Shown: positions 27,549-36,900 of the stretch, one piece after another
How the letters are laid out: each line of letters opens with the position of its first letter
Position numbering within the stretch: position 1 is the stretch's first letter
Assembly (NCBI GenBank): GCA_018651085.1
Contig: JABIEQ010000017.1
Span: 1 to 51,588, forward strand
From: Candidatus Magasanikiibacteriota bacterium
GTDB taxonomy: Bacteria; Patescibacteriota; Patescibacteriia; Magasanikbacterales; UBA922
Direction of reading: 5' to 3'
DNA: 51,588 nt
The notes under the pieces: model-generated
Database searches by the model: none
What the model saw: only the letters and a program-made list of their open reading frames with translations
What the model was told of the DNA's origin: nothing
Position numbers and translations under genes: made by a program

Positions 27549-29030
27549 CTACTTCTCTTCCCAAACATCACTATTTTCAATGACTTTTTTACAAATATCT
27601 ACAAAATTCTTTATTATATTTCCATCTGCTATATCCCCTTGTATATCATCATATATTTTAAGATCTTCAAGTGCTTCGCCTCCTAATGAGGGCAATACTT
27701 TTACTAGATCTATTAAATCATCCCTTAAGACATTTCCCATCCTTGCTATATTGTCTTCTTTTGAAACGACACGAATACTAGGATCAATATCCCTTACCTC
27801 CAACTCTTTCATTCTTCTAAGCAATATTGTCCATAAGCCAAGATTACAACCATTTAATACTTTATCTCGCATATTAAAACCACCAATATCTCTTGGAAGA
27901 ATATGCTTTGCATCTCCTTTCATTTTTGTTGTAATAACCTTTTTTCTCCATGATGCCATATCATCCATTCCAGCAAATGACATAGGTGATCCATCACTAA
28001 TATCTATCATGCCCGCTCCTTCTACCGTTTCAATTATTCTTTGGATTAAATCACCTTTAGACAAAATCGCAGGATTATCAAAACTTTTTTCTAAAGCTAC
28101 TTCATTAATATGTAAATGTATCATTCGTGTTAATTCATATACACTTCTTGCTTTTCCTAATAAATTTCCTTTATCTTTAGATTCTCTAAATCGTACAACT
28201 CTGTCACGAAATGATTCAAGATCAAGATCAGTAGGAAAATCAGGGTTTATATCTGGCCGAGATGATATATTAAGAGCTGTCCTTTTTAGGCAATCTTTTT
28301 GTAATGCGGCCCTTTCTGGATGATGAATATCAATATCTTCAAAATGCTCTAGTATAAAATGGAACCCTGTCGCGCCTTCACTTTCTTTTTCTAAAAAACT
28401 GGCATTAATTCCAATGTCACCTAACATATCATATAACCTTTTTTCCATGTTTACATCCCATTTTTTTGATGCTATTAACTTTTTTCTTAATTGCTTCCAC
28501 TTTTCATATTGTTCCATTTGAAATGCTATGGCATCTTTTCTTTGATCAATCGTATTTTTTTTTATATCAACTGCATACCTTACGGACAGTACATCCTCTA
28601 CAAAAAGGTGGTCAATAACTCCGACAGCTTCCTCACACAATTGCACTATCCCCCGAAATGCTAGATCTATTTTAGATAGTAATCGTTCTGAACCAGAAGT
28701 ACTTTCTTCTTTATCTAGACTCCACTGTTCATATAGTTCTTCCCATTTTTCTTTTATCTCAAGTAAGGCTACGATATCATACCTTTTATGAGGCATCTCA
28801 GCATCTGTAGCTTTCATTTCCTCCACGTTTTTTTGTATATCTTCTTTACTTTCCTTTAACGCAGCAAAAATATCAAAATTATTTTTGGATTCTATTTTTT
28901 CTTTTATAACTGCAATTTCCTCTCTTCTTTTCTTATTTGGAAATGTTACAGCAGTGTCCTGACCTAACTGTTCTTTTTCGGTATCCACCGTGGGGTCAAC
29001 AATACGGAATCTTTCTGTTCGTCTTTTCAT
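27549..29030 (-). CDS. Orphan hypothetical protein (493 aa, charged, helical)
   Basis: Long ATG ORF with TGgTATAGT extended -10 near 29078-29086 and a CCCGC/GCGGG hairpin at 27503-27517; no motif recognised. Confidence 0.75.
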   Translation of the reverse strand: MKRRTERFRIVDPTVDTEKEQLGQDTAVTFPNKKRREEIAVIKEKIESKNNFDIFAALKESKEDIQKNVEEMKATDAEMPHKRYDIVALLEIKEKWEELYEQWSLDKEESTSGSERLLSKIDLAFRGIVQLCEEAVGVIDHLFVEDVLSVRYAVDIKKNTIDQRKDAIAFQMEQYEKWKQLRKKLIASKKWDVNMEKRLYDMLGDIGINASFLEKESEGATGFHFILEHFEDIDIHHPERAALQKDCLKRTALNISSRPDINPDFPTDLDLESFRDRVVRFRESKDKGNLLGKARSVYELTRMIHLHINEVALEKSFDNPAILSKGDLIQRIIETVEGAGMIDISDGSPMSFAGMDDMASWRKKVITTKMKGDAKHILPRDIGGFNMRDKVLNGCNLGLWTILLRRMKELEVRDIDPSIRVVSKEDNIARMGNVLRDDLIDLVKVLPSLGGEALEDLKIYDDIQGDIADGNIIKNFVDICKKVIENSDVWEEK

Positions 29031-29088
29031 ACATGTTTTTTTACAACGTATATTTATAGGTTATGTGCTTATATTTTACTATACCATA

Positions 29089-31164
29089 TTACTCTAAATG
29101 CACCTTTTCTTCCCATTCTTTCATATGCTCATCTAATGATGGATGTTTTTGAAAATCAACTCCTTTAGCGATATCTCTTGCTTTTTTTATCAAATCGCCG
29201 TCTTTCATACTTGCTAGACGAAATTGCTCCATACCGCTTTGATTTACCCCGTATACTTCTCCTGGCCCACGTAAAAGAAGATCATGTTCAGCAACCTTAA
29301 ACCCGTCAGTGTGTTGTTCAAAGAATGACAGTCTCTTTTTAGCATGTTCATTTTCAGCAGTTGTAAATAAAAAACAATATGATTGATGAATACTTCTTCC
29401 AACTCGCCCTCTAAATTGATGGAGTTGTGCTAATCCAAAAGATTCAGCTCCCTCTATAACCATAACACTTGCATTTGGAATGTTTACTCCAACCTCTACG
29501 ACTGATGTTGATACCAATATATCTATGTCCCCTTTTTGGAATTGATTCATGACATCATCTTTATCCGAGGCTTTCATTTTTCCATGCATATAACCTACTC
29601 GTCTATGCTTAAAAATTTGTTCTGACAATTTCTTATGCTCATCAAGTACGGTTTTTTTCTCTGACGCCACCTTCCCCTCTTGAATCAGTGGACAAATAAC
29701 AAAAATCTGCCTTCCTTTTTGAATTTGCTCATCAATAAATGTATAGGCCTTTTGTCTGTTATGTGGATCAGCGACCCTTGTTTTTACAGGCCTTCGTCCT
29801 TCTGGCATTTGTTTAATAATTGAAAGATCTAAATCTCCATATATAGTAAGAGCAAAAGATCTTGGAATTGGTGTTGCACTCATACTTAGAAAATGGGGTG
29901 TCGTATTTTCATCTCCCGATCGATCTTTCATTGATTTTCTTTGCTCTACCCCAAAACGATGTTGTTCGTCTACAATAACAAGATGTAAGCTTTTACATTG
30001 GATTTTATCCGTTAAAAGGGCGTGTGTTCCAATAATAAGATCTACTTCCCCATTATTTATTTTTTGGATAATATCTTCTTTTTTCTTTTTTTTGGATATT
30101 TTTTCTTCCCAAACATAATCTGACAACTCTTGTGCGGTTCTTGTAAAAATGGCAATGGTTTTATCTCCTAATAACTTTTTCATTGAAGAAAAATGCTGTT
30201 TGGCAAGTATTTCTGTTGGTGCCATAAATAATACTTGGCCACCCGCTTCTATTACTCCGTTTGTCACCATAGCAGCAACGACAGTTTTCCCTGAGCCAAC
30301 ATCTCCTTCTAACAATCTATTCATGGGTATAGATTTTTCTATATCCTGAATAATCTCCCAAGCAGCTCTTTTTTGATCATCTGTCAGAGTGAACGGTAAC
30401 GTACTCACAAATGCACTCGCTTTTTCTTTATTAAATGGTACTGACACAGCACTAGACAATTGAATGGCTTGTCTGATCTTTTCTGCACGAAGTTGTAATA
30501 GAAATAGTTCATCAAACTTTAAACGTTTTTCTGCTTGTTTTTGCGCCTCAAGTGTTTCGGGAAAATGTATTCCCTGTATAGCAACATCTAGTGACATGAC
30601 ATTTGCCTGTTTTTGTATAGCCTCAGGAAGCCAATCATCGATATCTTTTGTAATGCCTTGTACTTGTCCAATAAGAAGACGTAATTGTTTTTGTGTGACA
30701 CCTGCTGTGAGTGGATATATTGGTACAATGCGTGCGGTGTGTGTGGTTTCCTTTTCTTCTTGTTCCTTTTCATACATGGGAGAACTCATTTGGATTCCAA
30801 AAATACTTTCAGTTACCTTTCCCGATAAAAATACCGTGTCTCCCACTTTTAATTGTTTACTAATAAAGGGTTGTCCAAACCATACGACTTTGAGTCTATC
30901 TGTTTCATCAGTTACTACGGCTTCTGTAATTATGGTCCTTTTTCTTGGACTTCTTTTACTTTGAATCACCTCAATGACCCCTTTTATAGTTACCTGTTCA
31001 CCATCTTTTAGACTTTCAATTGGCGCAAGGTTACTATAATCTTCATATCTAAAAGGAAAATGATATAACAAATCTGATATTGTTTTAATCTTCAAAGAAG
31101 CTAACCTTTTACTAAGGACGCTTCCTACCCTATGTAATTGTGTAACGGAAGTACTTAGCTTCAT
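29089..31164 (-). CDS. recG: ATP-dependent DNA helicase RecG
   Basis: DLLYHFPFRYED, OB wedge, MNRLLEGDVGSGKT, MAPTEILA.QH, IVDEQHRFGV.QR, MSATPIPR, VEVGVNIPNA, GLAQLHQFRGRVGR, RGPGE; start at MKLST. Confidence 0.98.
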   Translation of the reverse strand: MKLSTSVTQLHRVGSVLSKRLASLKIKTISDLLYHFPFRYEDYSNLAPIESLKDGEQVTIKGVIEVIQSKRSPRKRTIITEAVVTDETDRLKVVWFGQPFISKQLKVGDTVFLSGKVTESIFGIQMSSPMYEKEQEEKETTHTARIVPIYPLTAGVTQKQLRLLIGQVQGITKDIDDWLPEAIQKQANVMSLDVAIQGIHFPETLEAQKQAEKRLKFDELFLLQLRAEKIRQAIQLSSAVSVPFNKEKASAFVSTLPFTLTDDQKRAAWEIIQDIEKSIPMNRLLEGDVGSGKTVVAAMVTNGVIEAGGQVLFMAPTEILAKQHFSSMKKLLGDKTIAIFTRTAQELSDYVWEEKISKKKKKEDIIQKINNGEVDLIIGTHALLTDKIQCKSLHLVIVDEQHRFGVEQRKSMKDRSGDENTTPHFLSMSATPIPRSFALTIYGDLDLSIIKQMPEGRRPVKTRVADPHNRQKAYTFIDEQIQKGRQIFVICPLIQEGKVASEKKTVLDEHKKLSEQIFKHRRVGYMHGKMKASDKDDVMNQFQKGDIDILVSTSVVEVGVNIPNASVMVIEGAESFGLAQLHQFRGRVGRSIHQSYCFLFTTAENEHAKKRLSFFEQHTDGFKVAEHDLLLRGPGEVYGVNQSGMEQFRLASMKDGDLIKKARDIAKGVDFQKHPSLDEHMKEWEEKVHLE

Positions 31165-31199
31165 ATACAATTATTGTAGCACAAGCTTTTCTTTTATAA

Positions 31200-31226
31200 C
31201 AAAACCACCCTTATAGGGGTGGTTTT
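31200..31226 (-). terminator. Terminator after tRNA
   Basis: AAAACCACCC-TTATAG-GGGTGGTTTT directly after the CCA end. Confidence 0.8.
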
Positions 31227-31227
31227 A

Positions 31228-31302
31228 TGGTGCCCTCACCAGGAATCGAACCTAGACCGATGGCTCCGCAAGCCACTGTTCTATCCGTTAAACTATGAGA
31301 GC
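31228..31302 (-). tRNA. tRNA-Arg(GCG)
   Basis: GCTCTCA-TA-GTTT aacggata GAAC-A-GTGGC ttGCGga GCCAT-CGGT-CTAGG TTCGATT CCTGG-TGAGGGC-ACCA; A20 Arg identity element, encoded CCA; promoter TTGACG-17-TATACT at 31323-31351. Confidence 0.95.
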
Positions 31303-31369
31303 TCTAAAATAGAGGCGAAATGAGTATACCCAAAATAAAAAGAGCCGTCAATACGGTTCTTTTTAAAAT

Positions 31370-31873
31370 TTAATGAATTTTCCAATTTCTTACCCATGCA
31401 TCAGCAATTGGTTCATCTTCTTTTTCAAGATCTTCTGGAAGAAATTCTCTCAGAGAATGTCTTATATCAACGGGATTAAGATCAAGAAGTGGCACACGAA
31501 GAATTGGTCTAAAGATACTTTTCGTATCAAGAAATAATGTTTTTACTCTTGGTGGTGCATAGATAATATAAAAAACATCAAACTCACTGTAAGTATAAAA
31601 TTTACTTCCAATAACAATCCCCAATTCTGTTACTGCAAACTGTACATCTGGAGCATGTTGGTGTGCCTGAAGAAACAATATAATGGCAAATAAAATAATA
31701 ATCAGTGAAAAAATAAAGTTCCCTGTTATTATTCCATAAATAATTAATGCAAGTCCAGCAAGGATTGACACCGCATACCAGCGATTCCCTCTTGCGTGCT
31801 GTTCATATTCTTTTACTCTCCAAGCATAATGGACATCACCAATGATTGTATCTTCCCTAATAGTTTGTGGCAT
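31370..31873 (-). CDS. Hypothetical 2-TM membrane protein with C-terminal PH-like domain
   Basis: W...EY..H.R...WY followed by two TM helices and ELGIVIG.KFY.YSEF..FYI; pattern resembles conserved Patescibacteria hypotheticals (from recall, not searched). Confidence 0.75.
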   Translation of the reverse strand: MPQTIREDTIIGDVHYAWRVKEYEQHARGNRWYAVSILAGLALIIYGIITGNFIFSLIIILFAIILFLQAHQHAPDVQFAVTELGIVIGSKFYTYSEFDVFYIIYAPPRVKTLFLDTKSIFRPILRVPLLDLNPVDIRHSLREFLPEDLEKEDEPIADAWVRNWKIH

Positions 31874-31976
31874 ATCACCCTCAATTTATTGGCTTTTATT
31901 ATACCATATGGGCCATAATTGGGACAATATTGTCGGTTGCGAACTTCCTCCTTTTCCCGTATACTTAGGGACATCT

Positions 31977-33509
31977 ATGCGTAAACATCGGATTAACTTT
32001 CTTGAAGAACATAAAGACCAATATCGTGGTCAACAAAAAAAGGTAAAGGCACATTCACGGCGCCCTTTTTTAATATTACTTGTTATTTTTTTTGTTATTG
32101 GAGCTACTATTGCAACGAAAGCTATTTTTTCTTCTGAAGATCCAACACTTTCTCCTGATGGAGGCCTTGTCCTTACCCCCAAGGAACCAGGGCTTCTCGG
32201 AAAAATTAAATATTTTGTTTTTGGTTCGGGAACAAAGCTTGCTGGAGAAAGAAAAGATCGTATTAATGTGCTACTTCTTGGTATGGGTGGCCCCGGTCAC
32301 GATGGTCCTTATCTTACAGACACTATTATTATTGGAAGTATTAAACCTTCGACAAACGAGGTTGCCATGATTACTATTCCTCGAGACCTTGGCGTTGATA
32401 TTCCTGATTATGGTTGGCAAAAGATTAATCATGCAAATGCTTATGGTGAATCAAAAGGATCAGGTAAAGGTGTGGCGCTTGCAAAAGAAGTCATTGAAGA
32501 TACGTTTGATATTGATATTCACTATCATGTCCGTGTTGATTTTACAGCCTTTCAAGAAATTGTAGGACATGTTGAGGGCCTTACTGTTGATGTCGACCGA
32601 TCATTTGTTGATCCATCGTATCCTGCCCCTCAAGATGAGTTTCAAACGGTTTCTTTTCGTAAAGGTGTCCAAACCATGGATGGTGAAACAGCACTTATAT
32701 TTGCACGATCAAGACACGGAAATAATGGAGAAGGTTCTGACTTTGCTCGTTCACGTAGACAGCTTAAAATTATCCTCGCACTCAAAGATAAAGTCCTTTC
32801 ATTTGAAACATTATTTAGCCCACGAAAAATTCGTAGCATACTAAAATCTCTTAATACACATATTAGTACAAATATGGATTTAACTGATATGTTGCAATTA
32901 AGTTCACTTGCGAAAAATATTAATGCAACAGATATTACGACACTAACCTTAGATAGCGCGGCTGATGGATTTTTACGTAATGGAACTACTTCTAAGGGAT
33001 CATTTATTCTTAGTCCACGTACTGGAAATTTTGAGCAAATCAGCTACACAGTGAAACATATTTTTGACGACAATGTCCGTCTTCGTCTTCCTGTAAGCGC
33101 ACCAAGTCCCACACAAACATCTATTATACCCACCCCACCTAATGAAAATGTAACACCTACCTCTACTCAAAAAGAAGAAGTAGAACCTCTCCAACCAGAA
33201 GAGACGATATTACTTGACGATGTATTTATTGAAGTTCAAAATGGAACTACCCGAGCTGGTCTAGCAGCGAATACAAAAGCGACTCTTCAACAGAACAACT
33301 TTTTTGTTCATAGTGTTGGAAACACAGCTGTTAAACCCATTCCTACGAGTGCAATCTACATTACAGATCCACAGAGTGTAGACCAGGCTATTCGCCTTCT
33401 TCTTACAAATACACTTGATTTACCTATACGATCTACTCTCTTAGAAGGGCTTACCTATAAAGAAGAAACTGATGTCCTTATTGTCTTAGGAGAGAACTTC
33501 ACCCCATAA
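31977..33509 (+). CDS. LCP (LytR-CpsA-Psr) family transferase with LytR_C domain
   Basis: TM, INVLLLG, LTDTII, TIPRDL, KINHANAYG, MDGETAL.FARSRH, SDFARSRRQ, C-terminal IEVQNGT..AGLA...DVLIVLG; start moved to 31977. Confidence 0.92.
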   Translation: MRKHRINFLEEHKDQYRGQQKKVKAHSRRPFLILLVIFFVIGATIATKAIFSSEDPTLSPDGGLVLTPKEPGLLGKIKYFVFGSGTKLAGERKDRINVLLLGMGGPGHDGPYLTDTIIIGSIKPSTNEVAMITIPRDLGVDIPDYGWQKINHANAYGESKGSGKGVALAKEVIEDTFDIDIHYHVRVDFTAFQEIVGHVEGLTVDVDRSFVDPSYPAPQDEFQTVSFRKGVQTMDGETALIFARSRHGNNGEGSDFARSRRQLKIILALKDKVLSFETLFSPRKIRSILKSLNTHISTNMDLTDMLQLSSLAKNINATDITTLTLDSAADGFLRNGTTSKGSFILSPRTGNFEQISYTVKHIFDDNVRLRLPVSAPSPTQTSIIPTPPNENVTPTSTQKEEVEPLQPEETILLDDVFIEVQNGTTRAGLAANTKATLQQNNFFVHSVGNTAVKPIPTSAIYITDPQSVDQAIRLLLTNTLDLPIRSTLLEGLTYKEETDVLIVLGENFTP

Positions 33510-33573
33510 CCCCCTCTATCCTTGCTTTTTTCCCTTAACTATGCTTAAATAAAGCATTCATAGCTATTATTTT

Positions 33574-34968
33574 ATGCCAACACTTGCTACCCCTACTTCT
33601 ACTAATCTTGCCACAGTTGCTCTGGTGGGTCGTGTTAATGTTGGAAAATCAACAATATTTAATAAACTTACTGAAGATCGTAAGGCGATTATCTCTAAAA
33701 TTCCAGGAACGACGAGAACAAATAATGAAGGACTTATCCTCTGGAGAGGAAAATATGTCCGTCTTATTGATACGGGGGGACTTACCTTTACTGACGATGT
33801 TCCTTTTGAAGAAGATATTCTAGCTCAAAGTGAAAAAGCAATGAAAGAAGCTGATATTATTATATTTGTTGTTGATGCTCAAACAGGAATTTTACCTCAA
33901 GAAAAAGAACTTGCTAAAAGACTCCGTCAGGTAAAAGACACCCCGGTCCTTCTTGTTGCTAATAAAGTTGATAGTAAGCGTTTTCTTATTAGTTCTCGAG
34001 ATCATGAATGGCTTCAACTTGGTCTTGGTGCTCCTATTTCTATTTCGGCTGCTAGCGGACGAAACATTGGAGACTTTCTTGATACTCTTTATACAAAACT
34101 TGGTTCACAAAAACGTCGACCTAAAAATCATGAAATACCAACAGATACTATTCGAATTAGTTTAGTTGGGAAACCTAATGTTGGAAAATCTTCTTTGTTT
34201 AATAAACTTATAGGTGAAGAAAAAGTTATTGTAAGTCCAATTGCTCACACAACACGAGAACCACATGACACTGAAGTTATATACCCTCACAAAGTTGGAA
34301 AAAAGATGCTCAAACAACATATCACCTTTGTTGATACTGCGGGAATTCGTCGTAAAGCAAAAGTACAAGGTCTTTTAGAACGTGCAGGAATCCATAAAAG
34401 TATTGAATCTATTGAAGACTCTAATATGGTGCTTTTTGTTCTTGATGGATCTGAAACTATTTCTTCTCAAGATAAACAACTTGGTGGTCTTGTTGAAAAA
34501 CGAGCTAAAAGTGTCATTATTCTTGTGAATAAATGGGATCTTACTGATGATAATAGTGAACAGAAACAAAAAAAGGTAAGAGAAATGGTATATGCGCACT
34601 TTCCTCATATCGATTTTGCCCCTATTCTTTTTGTAAGTGGAAAAACTGGTCTTCATATCCATAAGATATTTCCAATGATTATGGCTGCGTGGCAAGCACG
34701 GCATACTGAAATTCCAGAAGAAGCACTTGAAGCATTTTTGAAAGGTGCTCTTAAAAAACATCTGCCTTCTCGTGGAAAAGGAACACGACATCCAAAAGTA
34801 TTGGGATTACGTCAAATTGCAACAGGGCCTCCTGTCTTTGAGATGTATATTAAATATAGAACATCTCTTCACCGATCATATGTTCACTTTATTGAACATC
34901 GTCTTCGAGAACAATTTGATTTTCAAGGAAACCCTATTTTGATAAAATTGAGAAAAACTAAACGATAA
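33574..34968 (+). CDS. der: Ribosome biogenesis GTPase Der (EngA)
   Basis: Two G domains (GRVNVGKST/DTGG/NKVD and GKPNVGKSS/DTAG/NKWD) plus KH-like C-terminus. Confidence 0.97.
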   Translation: MPTLATPTSTNLATVALVGRVNVGKSTIFNKLTEDRKAIISKIPGTTRTNNEGLILWRGKYVRLIDTGGLTFTDDVPFEEDILAQSEKAMKEADIIIFVVDAQTGILPQEKELAKRLRQVKDTPVLLVANKVDSKRFLISSRDHEWLQLGLGAPISISAASGRNIGDFLDTLYTKLGSQKRRPKNHEIPTDTIRISLVGKPNVGKSSLFNKLIGEEKVIVSPIAHTTREPHDTEVIYPHKVGKKMLKQHITFVDTAGIRRKAKVQGLLERAGIHKSIESIEDSNMVLFVLDGSETISSQDKQLGGLVEKRAKSVIILVNKWDLTDDNSEQKQKKVREMVYAHFPHIDFAPILFVSGKTGLHIHKIFPMIMAAWQARHTEIPEEALEAFLKGALKKHLPSRGKGTRHPKVLGLRQIATGPPVFEMYIKYRTSLHRSYVHFIEHRLREQFDFQGNPILIKLRKTKR

Positions 34969-34976
34969 ATCGTTTT

Positions 34977-35528
34977 ATGAAACTCATTGTTGGCCTTGGT
35001 AACCCAGGGACAAAATATGTACGCACTCGTCATAACATTGGTTTTATGGCGCTTGATCGTCTTTGTGAAGAATGGTCTAAAACAAATACCCTTTCTTCTT
35101 GGTCATTGTCACGTAAATTTAATGCTGAAACATGTGGCGGAACTATTAATGGTGTTAAAGTACTTCTTTTAAAACCTACGACCTATATGAACGCCTCTGG
35201 TCAGGCTGTTCAACTAGCCGCACACTTTTACAAAATCCCTCCACGAGATATTATTGTGGTTCATGATGATAAAGATATTCTTCTTGGGACTCTTAAAGTA
35301 CAATTTGAACGAGGGCACGGTGGACATAATGGTATACGTTCAATTATTGATCACTTACACTCAAAATCCTTTCATCGTATTCGTCTTGGTATTGCAAGTA
35401 CAAATCCTAGAAAAATGCAAAATACAGCATCATTTGTTCTTCGCCCATTTGGCCTTCTTGAACGAAAACATGTTCGTCTTCTTATTGAAAAAGCAGAAGA
35501 AGAAATCACTCGACTTATCCAATCATAA
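34977..35528 (+). CDS. pth: Peptidyl-tRNA hydrolase
   Basis: LIVGLGNPG.KY..TRHNIGF, KPTTYMN.SG, VVHDD, GGHNG.RSI, RIRLGI. Confidence 0.98.
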   Translation: MKLIVGLGNPGTKYVRTRHNIGFMALDRLCEEWSKTNTLSSWSLSRKFNAETCGGTINGVKVLLLKPTTYMNASGQAVQLAAHFYKIPPRDIIVVHDDKDILLGTLKVQFERGHGGHNGIRSIIDHLHSKSFHRIRLGIASTNPRKMQNTASFVLRPFGLLERKHVRLLIEKAEEEITRLIQS

Positions 35529-35555
35529 ATACTATTATTTTGATCTTTACGGTAT

Positions 35556-36875
35556 ATGACTTTTGACGACGCGATGCGATTTATCCTTTCTTCATCTAAC
35601 ATTCGTTTTAATCTTCCTTACGTCGAAGCAAAGCAGCACCACCATATTTATATTGATCGTTTACGGTCTTTTTTAGATATATTAGGAAATCCGGAAAGGG
35701 CTATCCCCCACTACATTCATGTTACAGGAACCAGTGGAAAAGGGTCTACCTGTCTTTTTTTGCAGCATATCCTTCACGCTAGCGGTGCCCGTGTTGGAAC
35801 AACCATTTCTCCACATCCTACGCATATCACTGAACGATGGACTGTTGGACTTAATGATATGTCTCAGGAAGATTTCACTCGCATAGTAAAAGAGATGAAA
35901 CCCGCGCTTAATGAACATGCCAGAACATGCCCTCATGGACCTCCTTCTTTTTTTGAAATGACAACGGCGATTGGTCTTTATCACTTTTCTCAAACAACAT
36001 GTGACTGGGGTGTTATTGAAGTTGGCTGTGGCGGGCGTTATGATGGTACAAATGTTATTCCTTATAAAGATGTTGCTATTGTTACGAATGTTGGCCTTGA
36101 TCACACGGCTATTTTAGGGAAAGATAAAGAAACTATTGCGTACGAAAAAATAGGTATTGTAACACCAGGTTCCCAATTATTTACGAATGAACGTGACCCA
36201 AAGATTGCTAATATCCTTTCTTCTGAAACAAAACGCCTTGGTGGGACATATACGAATACTTCTACTCTTGAAGCTTCTATTACTGATCATTCATTTGATG
36301 GTGTTACATTTTCTTTTGAAGACACCTCCTACAAACTTAATGTACTTGGAAAACATCAAGTAGATAATGCCCTCCTTACTATTTCTGCTGCCCGATATGT
36401 TGGTATTTCTGAAGAACATATTGTTGAAGGACTTGAACGTACTACCCTCCCGCTTCGTATGGAGGTTGTATCAAAAGAACCTATCACTATTCTTGATAGT
36501 GCTCATAATGAAGATAAAATATTAAGCACGGTTAACACCCTTCTTTCTCTTAACAAAGATGATGCTCCTATTCATCTTGTGGTTGGTCTTTCTTCCGGAA
36601 AGCATGTTGATGCAATTATTCGTATTCTTACGCGTCTTCAGCCTGCTTCTGTTGCTTGTACGAGAAATACGGTAAATCATATGCGTAAAGTTATTTTTCC
36701 AGCACATATGTGTGAAAAATTTAAAGAATACCTTCCAGGAACACCCATTGAACTGTTTCTTGACCCCATGGATGCTCTTTCTTGGAGTCAGAAACAAGCT
36801 AAAAAATGTGATATACTATTAATCACTGGATCCGTATTTCTCTCAGGAGAACTTCGTCCAACATTGACAATATAA
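35556..36875 (+). CDS. folC: Folylpolyglutamate synthase/dihydrofolate synthase family (Mur-ligase fold)
   Basis: IHVTGTSGKGST, SPH, FFE.TT, EVG.GGRYDGTN, VGLDH..ILG, IAYEK.GI, LG.HQ.DNA, ILDSAHN, ITGS.FL.GE. Confidence 0.88.
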   Translation: MTFDDAMRFILSSSNIRFNLPYVEAKQHHHIYIDRLRSFLDILGNPERAIPHYIHVTGTSGKGSTCLFLQHILHASGARVGTTISPHPTHITERWTVGLNDMSQEDFTRIVKEMKPALNEHARTCPHGPPSFFEMTTAIGLYHFSQTTCDWGVIEVGCGGRYDGTNVIPYKDVAIVTNVGLDHTAILGKDKETIAYEKIGIVTPGSQLFTNERDPKIANILSSETKRLGGTYTNTSTLEASITDHSFDGVTFSFEDTSYKLNVLGKHQVDNALLTISAARYVGISEEHIVEGLERTTLPLRMEVVSKEPITILDSAHNEDKILSTVNTLLSLNKDDAPIHLVVGLSSGKHVDAIIRILTRLQPASVACTRNTVNHMRKVIFPAHMCEKFKEYLPGTPIELFLDPMDALSWSQKQAKKCDILLITGSVFLSGELRPTLTI

Positions 36876-36900
36876 TCTTTTTTGGTTAGAGTCGACCTCT

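Noticed and set aside
27328..28323. 331-aa plus-strand ORF
   Set aside because: Antisense shadow of CDS 27549-29030; S/I/L/F-rich composition typical of reverse-read K/E-rich genes, and it crosses a promoter and terminator.
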